DNA of 63,998 nt, counting the filler, from Asterionella formosa (Eukaryota): NCBI GenBank assembly GCA_002256025.1. It is 5 parts of 5 records of this genome, joined end to end, with 100 filler letters (N's around TTAATTAATTAA, not from the genome) between each part and the next. Parts side by side here need not be neighbours in the genome. Positions count along the whole stretch, not along the records: positions 1 to 12,770 come from NKIB01007200.1; 4 more parts are not named here. The stretch is one strand, 5' to 3'. A program made the translations under genes and the position numbers. This document shows, one piece after another, positions 1 through 12,870 of the stretch. The notes beneath the pieces were generated by a model. It worked only from the letters and a program-made list of their open reading frames with translations, did no database searches and was not told the DNA's origin. The stretch's first letter is position 1, and each line of letters starts with the position of its first letter.

Positions 1-1
1 G

Positions 2-523
2 GTCGAGATTGTCTGGTCCATTTTCGCCAACGCTGAATTGCTGGGGCCCAACCGCTCTACCAGGATCATTGAGGAGACGAAAGACAGTAGGCGCTTGCAA
101 AAGGGCCGCCATTTGGACATGGTAATCGACTGTCTGCTGAATCTCAGTCCATCGTGTGCAGGACACCACCTTGACATCTTTCCTTGTCGCAGATTCAACT
201 AGTCTGTGTCCATCCGGCCTATTCATGGAACCGGAATTATCAATCACCCAGATCCGCAAGGGAAAAGTAGCATTATTTTGTGTCATGGCCCTTGCGAGAC
301 CAGTGGTAAAGCCTTGTTCCCGCATTGCGTTGATCTCTATGTTTGACATGACTTTTGATTTAAGTTTCGGCAATATGACACGACTGGAACGGTCTTTGTT
401 CAAAGTTCGCGGGGGTGGCATAACTGCGTCCATTACTGCTGTGGCATAGACTGGGATATCAGGATCATTACAGTCCGGCTTGCGAGTGGGAAGAGGAACG
501 GCTTGGGACATGGGATAGTCCAT
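2..523 (-). CDS. vWA-domain protein, 5' part (runs off the window start)
   Basis: Not in the ORF track because it has no stop in the window. Manual minus-strand translation from ATG at 523: MDYPMSQAVPLP...LRIWVIDNSGSMNRPDGHRLV...CTRWTEIQQTVDYHVQMAALLQAPTVFRLLNDPG, with a DxSxS MIDAS motif after a hydrophobic strand. Confidence 0.8.
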   Translation of the reverse strand, partial: MDYPMSQAVPLPTRKPDCNDPDIPVYATAVMDAVMPPPRTLNKDRSSRVILPKLKSKVMSNIEINAMREQGFTTGLARAMTQNNATFPLRIWVIDNSGSMNRPDGHRLVESATRKDVKVVSCTRWTEIQQTVDYHVQMAALLQAPTVFRLLNDPGRAVGPQQFSVGENGPDNLD

Positions 524-1507
524 TGCTTTTCTGGTCTGCTAAAAAAATTTGTTCTCTCCTTTATCAGTCTCGACTTTTGTCTTGTGGTAAATGCTGAAGG
601 TAAGACACGACCGAGGGTGGAGACTGCCTGCGAGTTTTCTTGTGTTCGAGGCTTCGGAGGCGCGAGTAGGTTGACCGAACGAGTGGCGCCGGGAGCCGAG
701 TCCACAAGAATACGAGTAGGCAGACTCCTCCCGAGTTGGGTCTTACTGAAAGCAATACACGCCCGAGGTGGTCTCTTGCATGCGAGTGTACACATGTATA
801 CGAGAAGGCATGTAGCCGCCGAGAAGGGTATTGTTGAGACAATTCCCGCTCTAGCTATCGTCGGGTCATTCGCTTACCTACTGCCCGCAAATTTAGCATA
901 AATGTCAATTTTAGGCTACTATTGCCCATCATATAAAATATATTTTGAATATTTCCTATCTTCACCTCGAAAATTGCCAAAGGTCTGATATTGCCCATCA
1001 TTAAAATGTATATTGCATATTTCATATGTTCGCATTTTGGCAAGACAACAGACAACAATTGCCCCTCGGTTTTCCAGCCCTGGGATTGCCGAAATCGGCA
1101 AGGGGTCTACTTAAGGAAACCATTTTATATACCATACAGATTCTAATAATTTATATCTAGAATTCACCTCGTTTTTGTTCGTCTCCTGAAAAGTGGACTC
1201 CGGCAATTCACCTTTCACCATGCCAATCGTCGTCCATCATGACCGGTTTGAAGCGAAATCAGTTCCGCGATGACGCCAGTAGCGATTCTTTGCCTAACGG
1301 GCGGATGCGGTTGATTGTTGGATTGCTTGTCTTCTTGAGGTATTCATGTTCTTCCTTAAGTAAACGCCAGTCAGTTGAGGGGCTATAGATATCAGTAATC
1401 AAATTCCCCTTAATGAACGGCAGTCGATTTCGGCAATAAAATCTAGGGGCTTTTGAAAATATTGAAGGTAGTTTGGCAGTCGAAAAACGGAGCATAAGAA
1501 ATATGCA

Positions 1508-1998
1508 AAATATGTTTTATATGATGGGCATTTGCAGGATTGAGTTATCCAAAAAACTGTACATATGAAATCTACAATATATGTTTTATATGATGGGCAA
1601 TTGGCTAGTTTGCATCCAACATACAAACTATGTAAAATAGGTTTTCAATGTTAACTGAAAGGGCAATGTAGTGGCGAAAAGCGCGCCGATAGCCGGTGCC
1701 ACTTGTTCGGTCAACCTACTCGCGCCTCCCAAGCCTCGAACACAAGAATACTCGCAGGCAGTCTCCAGCCTCGGTCGTGTATTACCTTCAGCAATTCACA
1801 AACTAGATACTGGTATCGGCTGGCTTTTTGCGACTACATTGCAATTTCAGGTAACATTTAAAACCTATTTTAAATAGTTTGTATGTGGGCTGCAAGCTAG
1901 CCAATTGCCCTTCATATAAAACACATATTGTTTATTTCATATATGTATAGTTTTTGGATTACTCATTACTGCAATTGGCCTTCATATCTAACATATTG
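1508..1998. mobile_element. Fold-back / MITE-like element with ~180-bp inverted arms
   Basis: 1508-1690 aligns by eye with the reverse complement of 1814-1998 (e.g. ATATGATGGGCAATTGGCTAG vs CTAGCCAATTGCCCTTCATAT). Related TTGCCCATCAT motifs also occur at ~920-1000. Confidence 0.7.
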
Positions 1999-3039
1999 GA
2001 TTCTGTACTGCAATTGGCCTTCATATCTAACATATTGGATTCTTTCCACCTAGACTCATTTCAGTCTAATAGACTGGATTCAGTCTGGGTTTTCAATCCC
2101 TTGCCCCTAGCTCAATTCCACGGATATTTCATTTCTGAACAGTTAATCTAACTCTATAAAACTGTATTTTTTGGAGGTATGAATGACAATAAGCTTATAT
2201 GGGCTAAAATTTTTCAGATACATGAGAAGTCTGCCTGCCAAAATATCTCAAAAACATCCGTGCAGGATGGCACGAAAACAAAATTTGACAATAGGCAAAG
2301 GTGCCATCATTTCATGCATTTCCAAGTAAATTCACCCATCTCTGTGGGTCCGAAATCATCATGTGACATCTCAAAAGACCATCGACTTGAAAGAATGACA
2401 GTTCGGCAGAGGGAGCTCAAGAAAATCAGAGGTTGGGATGTGATTGCCATTTTGATCACTGCTCCTGGGATTGTAGATGATGTTGATACAACTGAGCTGT
2501 ATAACCTTGAAAATCACTTCTAGATCATTTCCGATGGTGATACAGACACCTTTTACAATGATGAAGGCGATTATTTACTTGAGGAGACAGTAGAAGATGA
2601 ATTGATGCCTTCAGAGCTTCTCAAACTTGTTAAGTGGTGTGGTGTACTGGCGCAGTTCTTCTTGACACTGACGATATTGCCATCCCAGCTGGATTTGTTG
2701 ATATTGGTGTTGGCAATGCCCCAGCATCTGAAAAGGTTTTTCAACGATGAAGTTGCAAAAGATTTGTTTGTCAATGATTGGGATAAGTCAGGAATTTGCA
2801 ACAGGAGCCAGTTGAATGGATCAGAGAGCAATCCAATATTTTCATCATTTCCAATTCTTTTGAAATCGACTGCCTTCCAGTCATTTGATTTAATCTTTCC
2901 TTCGGAGCTCTGGAATAATTCAAAAATTGTTTATCGTTGATCAAAAGGATGAGGGCAAACCTGTAACAACTTAGATGGATTGAAAAAATGGTGGAATGAG
3001 AATGGGCGGTGGAGGGGAAAGTGTGCGGAGATCATGAAA

Positions 3040-3330
3040 AACAGAAAAAGATGACATTTACAGTGGTTTTCTGCAACCAATTTAAGTTTTGGCATGCTGT
3101 TGACAATCATAATGCAACAATACATTCCCCAATAAGTTTGGAAGTGGAATGGGTGACAAAATGGTGTTCAAAGAGTGTCATAATTGCTCCTTTCAGTCAT
3201 GACAGAAGATGCCATGCTTGCATATAAACAGTTCTAGCTAAAAGGAGGGAGCAGGTTGATGGCATGCTCTGTTTTCGCAAGCTCGCTTTAGAGGCATTGG
3301 TATGCTATCAGTATAACAACGAAGAAGACA
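3040..3330 (+). pseudogene. piggyBac-like transposase C-terminal fragment
   Basis: QFKFWHAVDNHNATIHSPISLEVEWVTKW resembles the VDxHN..RHxPISLE.xWxTxW segment of stramenopile piggyBac-like transposases; frame is broken. Confidence 0.5.
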
Positions 3331-3765
3331 AACAATCGCCTAGAAGGTCGTCAAGATTGACTAAAAAGGTTTAGCACATAGTTTTCCAGTGGAAATTTGC
3401 GCATTTGTACAACAAAGATTCCATTTCGAATTCGCTTAAAAAAATATATATATATAAACATTCTACATTGTTCGATATATATATAATAACCTATACCGGT
3501 AGCATACAAGCTGGCAGCATGGCAAATAATGTTGATGACTACCGGAAAGAAACAAACAAGCGCAACAATCCAACATGAGCGAAATTATACATCACAACGA
3601 TGACAATGGCAATGACAAATTCAACTACAGTCATGACAGTTATCCTACCTGTCAAGACCGGTTTATTGTAGAGTTTGCTGTTTTTCGTATACCAATTTTT
3701 TCTGTAAACCGCAATGATGAAGGACACTTGTCCCTCCATTGATGAGTATGACACGGACACCGACT

Positions 3766-4067
3766 TTTCCAGGAGCAAACAACAATGAAGAGACCAACTT
3801 GTCGCTCTTTTGATGGTAACAAAGATGTGGACAAGTTCAACAGTGAATACAAGAACAACATACCAATGAAAACAAGTCGACAGTGTGTGTACGCTCACGC
3901 CAAGGAGGTTTGAGACAATGGAAATTTCCAACAAGCAAGCAAATGCAATACAGATATCAAATGTTTCCTACAAGCAAACAACAATGAAGAGATTCACTTG
4001 TTGCTCTATTGATGGTAACAAAGATGCGGAAAAGTTCAATAGTAAATACAAGAACAACATCCCAAAT
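3766..4067 (+). repeat. Diverged direct duplication (~100-bp unit, ~200-bp period)
   Basis: AGCAAACAACAATGAAGAGA...GATGGTAACAAAGATG...AATACAAGAACAACAT occurs at ~3766-3867 and ~3964-4067. Confidence 0.8.
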
Positions 4068-4779
4068 GCGGAAATGAGCGACATGAAAAAGAAATTGTAA
4101 TCATTATCAATCTATAACTATAACTATGTGGACATCAGTCTGTTACATTACATTTTTGTACCTGCTTCTATGCTGAATCTCAATAGTAGATGTAGTATCA
4201 TGTGAGAATTGAAAATGTCAACAAGAACAAGTAGAATTTGTTTGCTGATGAGTTGATTGCCAAGATTGCAATGCTGGTGGTTGACAAAACAGATTTACTA
4301 TGTGCGCTGTGTGCGGAACCATTCCGAGTTTGAATTATTTCTTCTCTGTAATCTCTTAATTGAATGATAATGAACATAGGCTCACTGCACATGACGATTA
4401 GTAATCAAAGATATCATAATGATCACTTGACCAAAAATTGAAGACGTTATTGCAAACAATCATTCCACTTGTCATCGCTAGTATTTCGTTGTTGTTGCAA
4501 AAATCGGAGTGATGACGGATGGAAATGACAAGCCAAATTTCATTACTTTAGCTGGTACATTATCCTACCAAGAAATTCGAATACAGGAATCTAATAGAAA
4601 CAATACATATAATGATTAAATATATGTAGTCAAAAGGGTTACTATTTAAGTTACAAGGGCATATATCAAAATTATTAGATGATACAACGAAAAATTATGA
4701 TCAGATGATCACAATCCTATGATGCATTATGGGAATATGATGGTGTTTATTTGCATAGGAATTCCCTGCCTTTTTAAAA

Positions 4780-5920
4780 TCCAATGGCCCGGTTGCCCTT
4801 GACTGTCCATCAAAAGCAATTTGTCTCCGCTTGAAAATCCATTATGGAGCATGGATTAAAAAACCAGAACCAAATAGCACGATATGAAAACAGAAAGAAT
4901 ATTGTATGATTGGTTAATGTTCAATGTTGCAGCAAAAGTAGAATGCGAAAAGCTTCTATCATTGTAATATCATCACTTCAATACACAGATTAACAAAGCA
5001 ATGAACAATGCAGCTTCAAGATGATGTTCAAAATACAAAGTGTTTGCAGGATCTGGTAGCCTACAATTACACAGATTAACTAAGCAATGAACAAGACTGT
5101 TTCAAGACAATGTCTAAAAACAAAGTTTCTGCAGGATCTGGTAGCCTATAATCTAGAGTGGCTTCGGTTGCTGGACAACAAACACAAGCAAGGAGTCACA
5201 AAATACATGAACGATGTCTACAAACAATGTGGAATTGTAATGTCACAACTGCAAAAGCCCTTCTGGAGGCAAAAGGAAAAGCGACAGAACAAGGATGCAG
5301 TCTACAAGGCGCAATTCAAACAGAAAAGAAAACGAAATGAAAAAATACATGCAGCACGATTTGAAACTGTGCAGCAAGAAAGGCAACACAAGAAATCAGG
5401 TAAGACTTATGGAGCTGGTGTCAAGCTAACAGAATAACCGGAGGCCACAACTTCAATACGGATGTCAAATGCGCAATGCAAACATTGCAGCCAGAATGAT
5501 CATCAGCAAAAAAGCAATGCACTCTGTCCATTCTTTCAAGGCAAAGTGAATTGTAGTAGTACTGGTATGGAGATGTTAGCAGATACAGTACCAGCAAACA
5601 CACACAAAAATGTTGCATGTGTATCCAGTGTGGCCAGTGTTGGTTTACAAGATCTCGCAAACCGGGCCAATTGAACAGAGGTAAGTAATTTGCAACAGCC
5701 AATCAGTACATTTTTAATACTGCACGCACTTCCAATGGAATTTTTGGTACAGGAAATTTTACAAGTAAATATTGCATCACAAGATTCTGATACAGATGAT
5801 GACTTTTTGGCGCAAATCGGTTCTGATTCCGATATTTTGGAGAAGGTAGAAAAGGCTGATTTTTCAAATTCTTGGACGACGATAGGTCAACATTGGCTGG
5901 GTCTGAAGGTGATTTATGTA
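4780..5920 (+). pseudogene. 3' fragment of Kolobok/Mutator-like transposase (paralog of 9890-11100)
   Basis: YKQCGIVMSQLQKPFWRQKEKRQNKDAVYKAQFK nearly matches the 10080 ORF; CKHCSQNDH knuckle; internal ~85-bp tandem duplication at 4983-5152. Confidence 0.8.
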
Positions 5921-6510
5921 TTCCAACTAGCTAGTGCGAAGTTTCATTGCCGAACAAATGTATGTTAGTCTCTTGGAGGATTCAAGTATCATCCCAACTC
6001 AGAGTGGTATTGATGGGTCCCTTAATTTCTTGCTCACAGCTCATTGGGAAGATGACAGCCTCATGTCAGATGATTTGAAGGAACTTGTAGTCTCGCTTTC
6101 TGTGCTTCTGGTTGTTAGCCATCCTCTGAATACCTTTTTATTAAATGGACACCCTGCACACACAACTGTCAAAGAACAAGCAAGTGATGAGTTTGACACC
6201 TATGCAAGCTTAGTGAATGATGTTATGAATTAGCAATGTCCACATTATCTATGAGCACATCTAGGCATCTCAACATGTTGGACTACTTACGCATCCCTTC
6301 AGATATTCGTTAAGAGTGGACCAGTGAAAGGTGTGTGCATGGTTGGAGAGTGCTTTGCAAAACACTATTTTTGTGCAACAAATATGTCAGCAATAAAATA
6401 ATAAAAGCATGAGCACAACAGGGGAAGGGGTTGAAATTTCAAAAATTACAAAAGTGAATCATAATCACATTAAAATTAGCACCCAGTGCACAACTTTTCC
6501 AACTCAACGA

Positions 6511-7371
6511 TTAACCTCCATATCTCTCGGCTAGCTCGATTGGCGGCAAAGTCGACATGACTTGAGGGTTTTCTTTGAGGTATTCTCGAATTGTCGATTG
6601 GCGGTCCACTAGAAATGTCTCATCCAGGAACGAATCAAAACATTTGCTCCCCAATGACTTGGCAGCTAACACGCAATGTCTTAAATATACGGCGCATGGT
6701 CTCAGTCCAGAATCTTCTTTCCAACCCCAAATTGTCTCAATGCCATAATTCCTATAGTTATGATCAAACTTTTCTTGACCCCATCGCTTCAGGTACATGG
6801 CATCCGATCCTTTCGCGCAAAGTATGCCCTGATGTTCAGATCCGTCTTGTTCTAGAAATGGAACAGTAATAATGTTAAATTCTTCTTCGCGCTCCAGAAA
6901 CGCTTGGCTTGGTACTCCATCTTCCATCAACAGCTGCGCTGATACTTCAAACACGGTACATACAAACCCGGGGAATGCGTCATTGACGAATTCTGCACTC
7001 AAGGAGGAATACTCTTTGGTTTCCATATTGGCAATCCCTCGTTGAAAGAAAATGGATGCTGGATGACCAAAGATGCGCCTATAGTACGGAACCCGACCAA
7101 GCCTAAAGTTGGAAAGTTCAGGAAATGTAGAGCGCGCACTTCGTTGCGACAGCAGCGATCCAAGGCCCAAGATTGTGATGGTTTTATCCGTACCCATGTT
7201 TCTGTTTTCGTCCCCATTTCCGTTCTTCATGATATTTCTTGTGGATCGTTCTTTATGCAATGGACTCTTGATGAAGCTATGAGTAGGGTCTGGCAGAGTA
7301 AGCATTAATATCACTGCGAGAACTTGCCGCAAAGGGAAAGCTTTCAAGGTGAAGGGCATTCGTCTTTGCAT
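6511..7371 (-). CDS. Gamma-glutamylcyclotransferase (GGCT/ChaC)-like protein
   Basis: Intact ORF, first ATG at 7371. ITILGLGSLLS...GRVPYYRRIF and FLEREE motifs fit the GGCT-like fold; hydrophobic N-terminal stretch may be a targeting signal. Confidence 0.7.
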   Translation of the reverse strand: MQRRMPFTLKAFPLRQVLAVILMLTLPDPTHSFIKSPLHKERSTRNIMKNGNGDENRNMGTDKTITILGLGSLLSQRSARSTFPELSNFRLGRVPYYRRIFGHPASIFFQRGIANMETKEYSSLSAEFVNDAFPGFVCTVFEVSAQLLMEDGVPSQAFLEREEEFNIITVPFLEQDGSEHQGILCAKGSDAMYLKRWGQEKFDHNYRNYGIETIWGWKEDSGLRPCAVYLRHCVLAAKSLGSKCFDSFLDETFLVDRQSTIREYLKENPQVMSTLPPIELAERYGG

Positions 7372-8492
7372 CCTATGCACAAAGTGAAATGTCAATAAAT
7401 ATTTAGCATATATACTGAGTTTATTTTAAATTACGAAAATATGAAACTATATATAGAACAGAAAGGAAAAAGATATTTCGTCCCTTTTTTTCTATTTCGA
7501 TTTTTCGTCCCTTCTTTTAGATTATCCCTTAAACCCTAGCCTACATAATAGCCTTCATAGAAACAACCGATTTATTTTGCCACATGAATCTTAGTTGGCT
7601 CGATGGCACTTGCAATCATGATGGTACCAGTTACTAGCAGAAATACTTTCTGACAGTAAAGCTTGCCTTTCCAACGATTTACATGTACTGCTGGTGGGTC
7701 AATCTCATCTGACCAAACCGCTGACAGCTGCCTTACAGATCACAGGCGATGGCAAACCACAACCTCAACTGAGCACTATGACAACCCAGCGATTTCTGCA
7801 CAGTGGCGCTTGTATCCCCAGCCATCATTGTGCCAACAATGATACATCCATTTGAGCCAAATGATAGAAACAGTTGTTGTGAATGGATGACATTGTAGTT
7901 GTCAGACCACAGCAAGAGGATATCAAGGAACCAACAGACATGTTCTTCACACATCTCCAGCATTGAATAAGCAAGGGGGTAGTGGTTCTATTGGAGGATT
8001 CAACATTCATGCCCAAGCCACTAAAATGAAGAATAAGGACCTCATTTTATGTGAGAGCAATGACATTTGATGCTGCCACAAGTTGATTCAGTGCAACCAC
8101 AACTCTGTTGGATCTGTTTGGTGGTCAGAGCACACAAAGCAATCTTGGCACTGATGGATATGAGGGCTAAATATCAATGCACAATTGGCAAGTGGTGAAT
8201 GCTGTAAATCTGGAACTACGATGTCAGGAGACATTGCAGCTGCAGTCAAGAGCGAAATTTCTAACAAATTTGTGTCGTTAAGGGCCTAATTGGAAGGAAG
8301 AGTCATACAAGTGTCCAATTCAGGTTTATTACTCATTTCAATAGAATTTCTACTTCAATCCGCCTACATATGTCATTTCAAAAACTTGTAGAAGTGAGGT
8401 GCCATGTATTCAAAATGATTTCTATGTAACACATCGTTTTCTAAATTTTAATTTTGCAATATATTTCAACACACAACAACAGAAACAGAAAT

Positions 8493-11100
8493 ATGTCGCA
8501 TTCCAGAGGTGGTCAACTTGTTTCTGAAATTGGAACTGGTGGACATGGAGGTCGAAATAAAATTGGTGATGACAATCAGAATGGTGGTCCTCTAAAATCC
8601 CATTCCATCCCCCCAAAACAAGCACATCAGCAATCACACCAGAATCTCAACTAAACTGGAATTATCTAATCAATCATCATTCATTGTAGAAGTTGCTTCA
8701 GAAAGAATATATGTGTTGCGAAAGTTGTGTTAATACATTTGTAATAGAATATTGCAGAAAATCGCTTTGTGACTTCTTTGTAACTTACTTTAAATCAAAT
8801 AGAAAAAAGCTGTCCATCAAACAGCAAATTGAAGCATTTCTAGACCAGGATAGTATGCTTCACCAACCAATTTCACGCATGAAGAAACCATTGATTGTTG
8901 TGTCTTCGGAAAATTTCGGCTTTGCAAGCGAATTCGAAGTCTCTTGTTTCCCCTGTTAGGAAATGATTTCTAAATTCGAATCTGCAAGACGCAACAACAT
9001 TGAAGACAATGGTGAGGTAACAAATAAGGAAATAGAAGCAAAGCGCTTTTCTATCAACAAACAGTTTATTTTGGGTTGTCACAAAGCTGGAATGGGACTG
9101 GGTGATGCAAATATCATTTGCTCCGCAATGAACTTATCACTTGCTTTTGGATTCTGGTCTACCCAAGGTAACTTTGGTGTTGTAGAGGAAAAAGTAGGAA
9201 TAACTGAAACTGCTACAACAGCTCTTGCAAGGAAAGACGAGGTGTGTCAGGAAGAAATATATCAGACACTCAATGTGTATGAACGAGGAGATTGGGCTGA
9301 CAAAGGACGTGATTTTCAGTGGTGGAACAGTCTAACTGGTACGGACCGCTTGTCTGTACTCAATATGCTGCAACTCACCGTTGGTTATGATATGGGCTGA
9401 CAGCAGTGATTCAACGGGAATAAGTACAACTCTGAAAGTGGATATGCTTTTGTATTCTTGGTGGCTACAAGAAAAAGACACTAGATTATCATGTGAAATC
9501 TAAGGTCTGTAATGTGTGCGACAGGGCTATACAGTACAAGAAACCAATCAAGAAACATGTTTGCCCCCAAGAATCAGGTAACTGGAAGCTCAAAGGCAAT
9601 GGGACCAGGCACTGGTGTGGAAATGATGATTGATGCAGTTGCTAAGTACAATGTTATCTACTCTACAAACATCTGTGATGATGATTCTACTATTAGAGCT
9701 GTTTACAAATGGTCCTATAAGGAGTTATTGAAACTACAGGCATCCTTCCAATGGCCAAGAACATTGAAAGGATTAAAAAAATCAGACAAAGTATGCTTTC
9801 CACTGAATGCACCCAAACCTAAATTTTGTCTGACCCATCCCACAGCAGAATGCAGGTCCTACTCCGCCCTAAATTTCTGAAAGACCATGGCCCGGTCTCC
9901 CTCGAATGTCCTTCAAAAGCAGATTGCCTCCGACTTAAGATTAATTATGGGGCTTGGATCAAGAAAAATCGCAATCTTGCTGACCAAATTCATTGAATTC
10001 TCCAAGGCACCAATTAACCACTTGTTTGGCTGCCATGCGTACTGCTCTGAGACAAGGTGCCCTGTAAAAGCAGGAAGAAATGTTAGCAATGGAAAATATC
10101 ATGACAAGGGAAAAAACGAAATTAAATCAATGGTTGATGCATGTTGCATGTTGCATGTTGCAACGAAAGTCGAAGGCAAAAAGCTGCCATCATTGCGTCA
10201 TCCCTTTGACACTCAGATTTATGAAGCAATGCACAATGCAGTGTCACAACGATGTCCGAAAAACCAAGGTGTTTGCTGGATCCAGTGGCCTGCAATATCG
10301 ATTTGCTTTGGTTGCTGGGCAGCACATACAAGGAGCTAAACAATGCACAAAGGATTTATACAAGCAATGTGGAATGGAGATGTCACAGCTGCACGAATCA
10401 TTTAGGAAACAAAAGGAAAAGCGACAGAACAAAGATGCAGCCTACAAAGCCCAATTCAAACCGAAAGGGAAACGAAACAAGAGACGACTGCACGATTTGA
10501 AACAGTCCAACAATAAAGACAAGACAACAAATCAGGTAAGACTTACAGCTCTGGTGTGGCGCTAACAGAAAGTCATGAGACAGCAAGAAAAGTCAACATG
10601 ATAATTGGTCAATGTAAAAATTGTGGTCGAAATGATCATCGAAGGAAAAGCAGCGCACTCTGTCATTCTTTGAAGGCAAACTGCATTCTAGTACTGGTAC
10701 ATGTTCAATCAATGATGATCAGCTAACTGTAGTGGACACAGAAACTGCAAACACCCCAAAAAATGTTACATATGCATTCAGTGGTGTGGCCAAGGCTGGT
10801 TTGAACGACCGCGCAAACCGGGCCAATCAAATGGAGGTAAGTAAATCATGTTGCCCAATCATATTATATGTGGAAGCGGGCATTTACAATGGAATTTTTT
10901 GTACAGGAGACTTACAAGTAAATATTTTAACACAAGTTTACTGTACCATTCTGATGATGACATTTCGGCGATTAGTGATCCTGATTCCGACATTTCGGAG
11001 ACCGTTGATAAGGCCGATTTTGTCGAAATTTGGGAGGAGGATAGCTCAACGTTGGCTGGGTTTGAAAAGGAGTTAAGTACACAGGTAATCTTCATGTAGC
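8493..11100 (+). mobile_element. Decayed Kolobok/Mutator-like DDE transposase gene
   Basis: Frameshifted pieces: LTVGYDMG*QQ...YNSESG (first catalytic D), CxxC, GSSKAMGP, ICDDDST (second D), HLFGCHAYCSETRCP, TQIYEAMHNAV (E region), C-terminal CKNCGRNDH knuckle. Confidence 0.8.
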
Positions 11101-11409
11101 CCCAGAAGTTAACGTTTGGCAAGAAACTGCAGAGAGGAACAATTGGCCCAGTAAAATCCACTATTTTCAGCATAGTTAAAAAACCGAAGTTCCTTTCTGC
11201 AGTTTCTGGCCAGATCCTATCTACTAACATTATATAGAGTTGACCTATATCCCTACTTCGATCAATGACTGTATGTAAGCATATGGAAAGGGTGTCCAAT
11301 GGTGAAGTCTCCGAGTAGCAATATAGATATTTAGTCTAGACGTGAAAAGTATGTGTTTGATAAGTCTGACTCAATATTATCCTTTTTACTTTACCTTTAA
11401 TCTGGGGTT

Positions 11410-11619
11410 GAAATGCAGGAACCTTGTTAAATGAACAATTTAATATGGTATAAGGATAGCTAAAGTTTTTATTTCAGAAAAATACCGCAACTTGCAGGTA
11501 CCCTCATATTGCTTTCATAGGAGTCCATTATCGAGTACCACAAGTTGCGGTAAATGACTGTTTTTGCTCTTAGGAAACTTAGCCAAATTTCTCAATTTTC
11601 TTCTTATTGTTGCACTTGC
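11410..11619. repeat. GCAAGTTGCGGT/ACCGCAACTTGC palindromic unit cluster A
   Basis: ACCGCAACTTGC at 11484 and CAAGTTGCGGT at 11541; interior of the first unit aligns with units at 33191 and 51579. Confidence 0.65.
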
Positions 11620-11712
11620 TTATTAGATAAGCATCAGTCATTATGTAGTACACTTTACAAATTATCCTGCTTTATCTGGTACTTTCAAGGACTGCATTAC
11701 AACAGTTGCAAG

Positions 11713-11960
11713 AAAGAATACATTTTTTGCATAATAGTGTCGGAAAATGCATAAACCGTCAGTCAGGGGAGCTTGTGATCATTTCCGCAAAGCGAAGTTT
11801 TTATTCGCGTAAAGAACAAGCAGTGTATTGTTGAATGGATGAAAGCATGTCTATAGTAAACTGTCAAATGACCTAATCAAGATTCCATAGAAATATGGAC
11901 CACGACAACTAGTGTGTACATGAAACTCAGTACAAAATCGACGTAGAGGTTTTTGTGTCT
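11713..11960 (+). mobile_element. Truncated copy of the MITE at 22243-22878
   Basis: Shares the terminal AAAGAATACA..TTTTTGCA..AGTGTC.GAAAATGCA...CGTCAGTCAGGGGA and the internal CTAATCAAGATTCCATA and TAGTGTGTACATGAAACTCAGTACAAAAT blocks. Confidence 0.75.
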
Positions 11961-12770
11961 ACCCAAACTACATAAAAGGGGATTCCTCTGGTGGTATTGA
12001 TATGTGTCTGTGAGGGATATCAGAAAATAGAAGTGCCTGTAAGTTCCAACAATAGAGAGTTGTTGAATAAAAAATCAGAATAATCGCTGTGCACAGAGTA
12101 TAAATTAGGATGCTTGACAGACATAAGAAAAAACTACTCCATGTAGAGTATTAATGACGCTCAGGATGCCCACCACAAAGAGCATAAAAAGGGGCACTTT
12201 ACAGAACAAGAAGGTCTTGTATGCAATGAAGGATTGAGTCTTCATATGCAGAGTTGGGTTTGCATGCAGGAGTCCCCTGTAGAGTCAATGATGGTCAAGC
12301 AGTGGTAGTAGGAGAGGAAGGAGAATATCAGCCAGCACTCAAAGACTTGCTCAAAGACCCATTCAAATGAAATATGATGACGGCAGCATTTGAAGTGCCA
12401 TGACTTAAAAATTTGAAGATAAGCAAAAAAGTTGTGACCCCACGCAATGAATACTGATTTGGGAATGCAGAAGGTTGTTGAGGTTGTAATCCAGTTCTTG
12501 TGATGGAGAAAGGAAGTGGAACATGAGCAAGAACTGTCAAATAGATGCATGATGGATGAGGGTGGCTTACTGTTTCACACAGCATCCTGAATTAATACTT
12601 ATCATTCAAGCCTCTTCAAGATAGACCTATTTCAAAGACCTTATCTATCTATCATCACCTTGTTGAATGAAGGTGAGTAATGAAGGAAAAACAGCTACCC
12701 AAGAATTTCTAGATCCATTATTATGGACAACCTACAGGCCAAACAGTAAATATTCTGATATCACAGAATT

Positions 12771-12870
12771 NNNNNNNNNNNNNNNNNNNNNNNNNNNNNN
12801 NNNNNNNNNNNNNNTTAATTAATTAANNNNNNNNNNNNNNNNNNNNNNNNNNNNNNNNNNNNNNNNNNNN
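12771..12870. other. Artificial scaffold linker
   Basis: 44 N + TTAATTAATTAA (stops in all six frames) + 44 N. Confidence 0.97.

Noticed and set aside
156..449. Plus-strand ORF 156-449 and many other short overlapping ORFs
   Set aside because: Antisense shadows of real genes (here the vWA gene) with no motifs of their own.
2340..3020. Possible hAT transposase remnant (LKKWWNEN)
   Set aside because: Only one short motif; the surrounding frames give no supporting hAT signature.
5934..6233. Possible second KolX-like gene on the minus strand
   Set aside because: Translation has several stops and lacks the GxLG core.
12815..12826. Periodic TTAATTAATTAA palindromes as a biological repeat
   Set aside because: Each is centred in exactly 88 Ns; a synthetic six-frame-stop linker.
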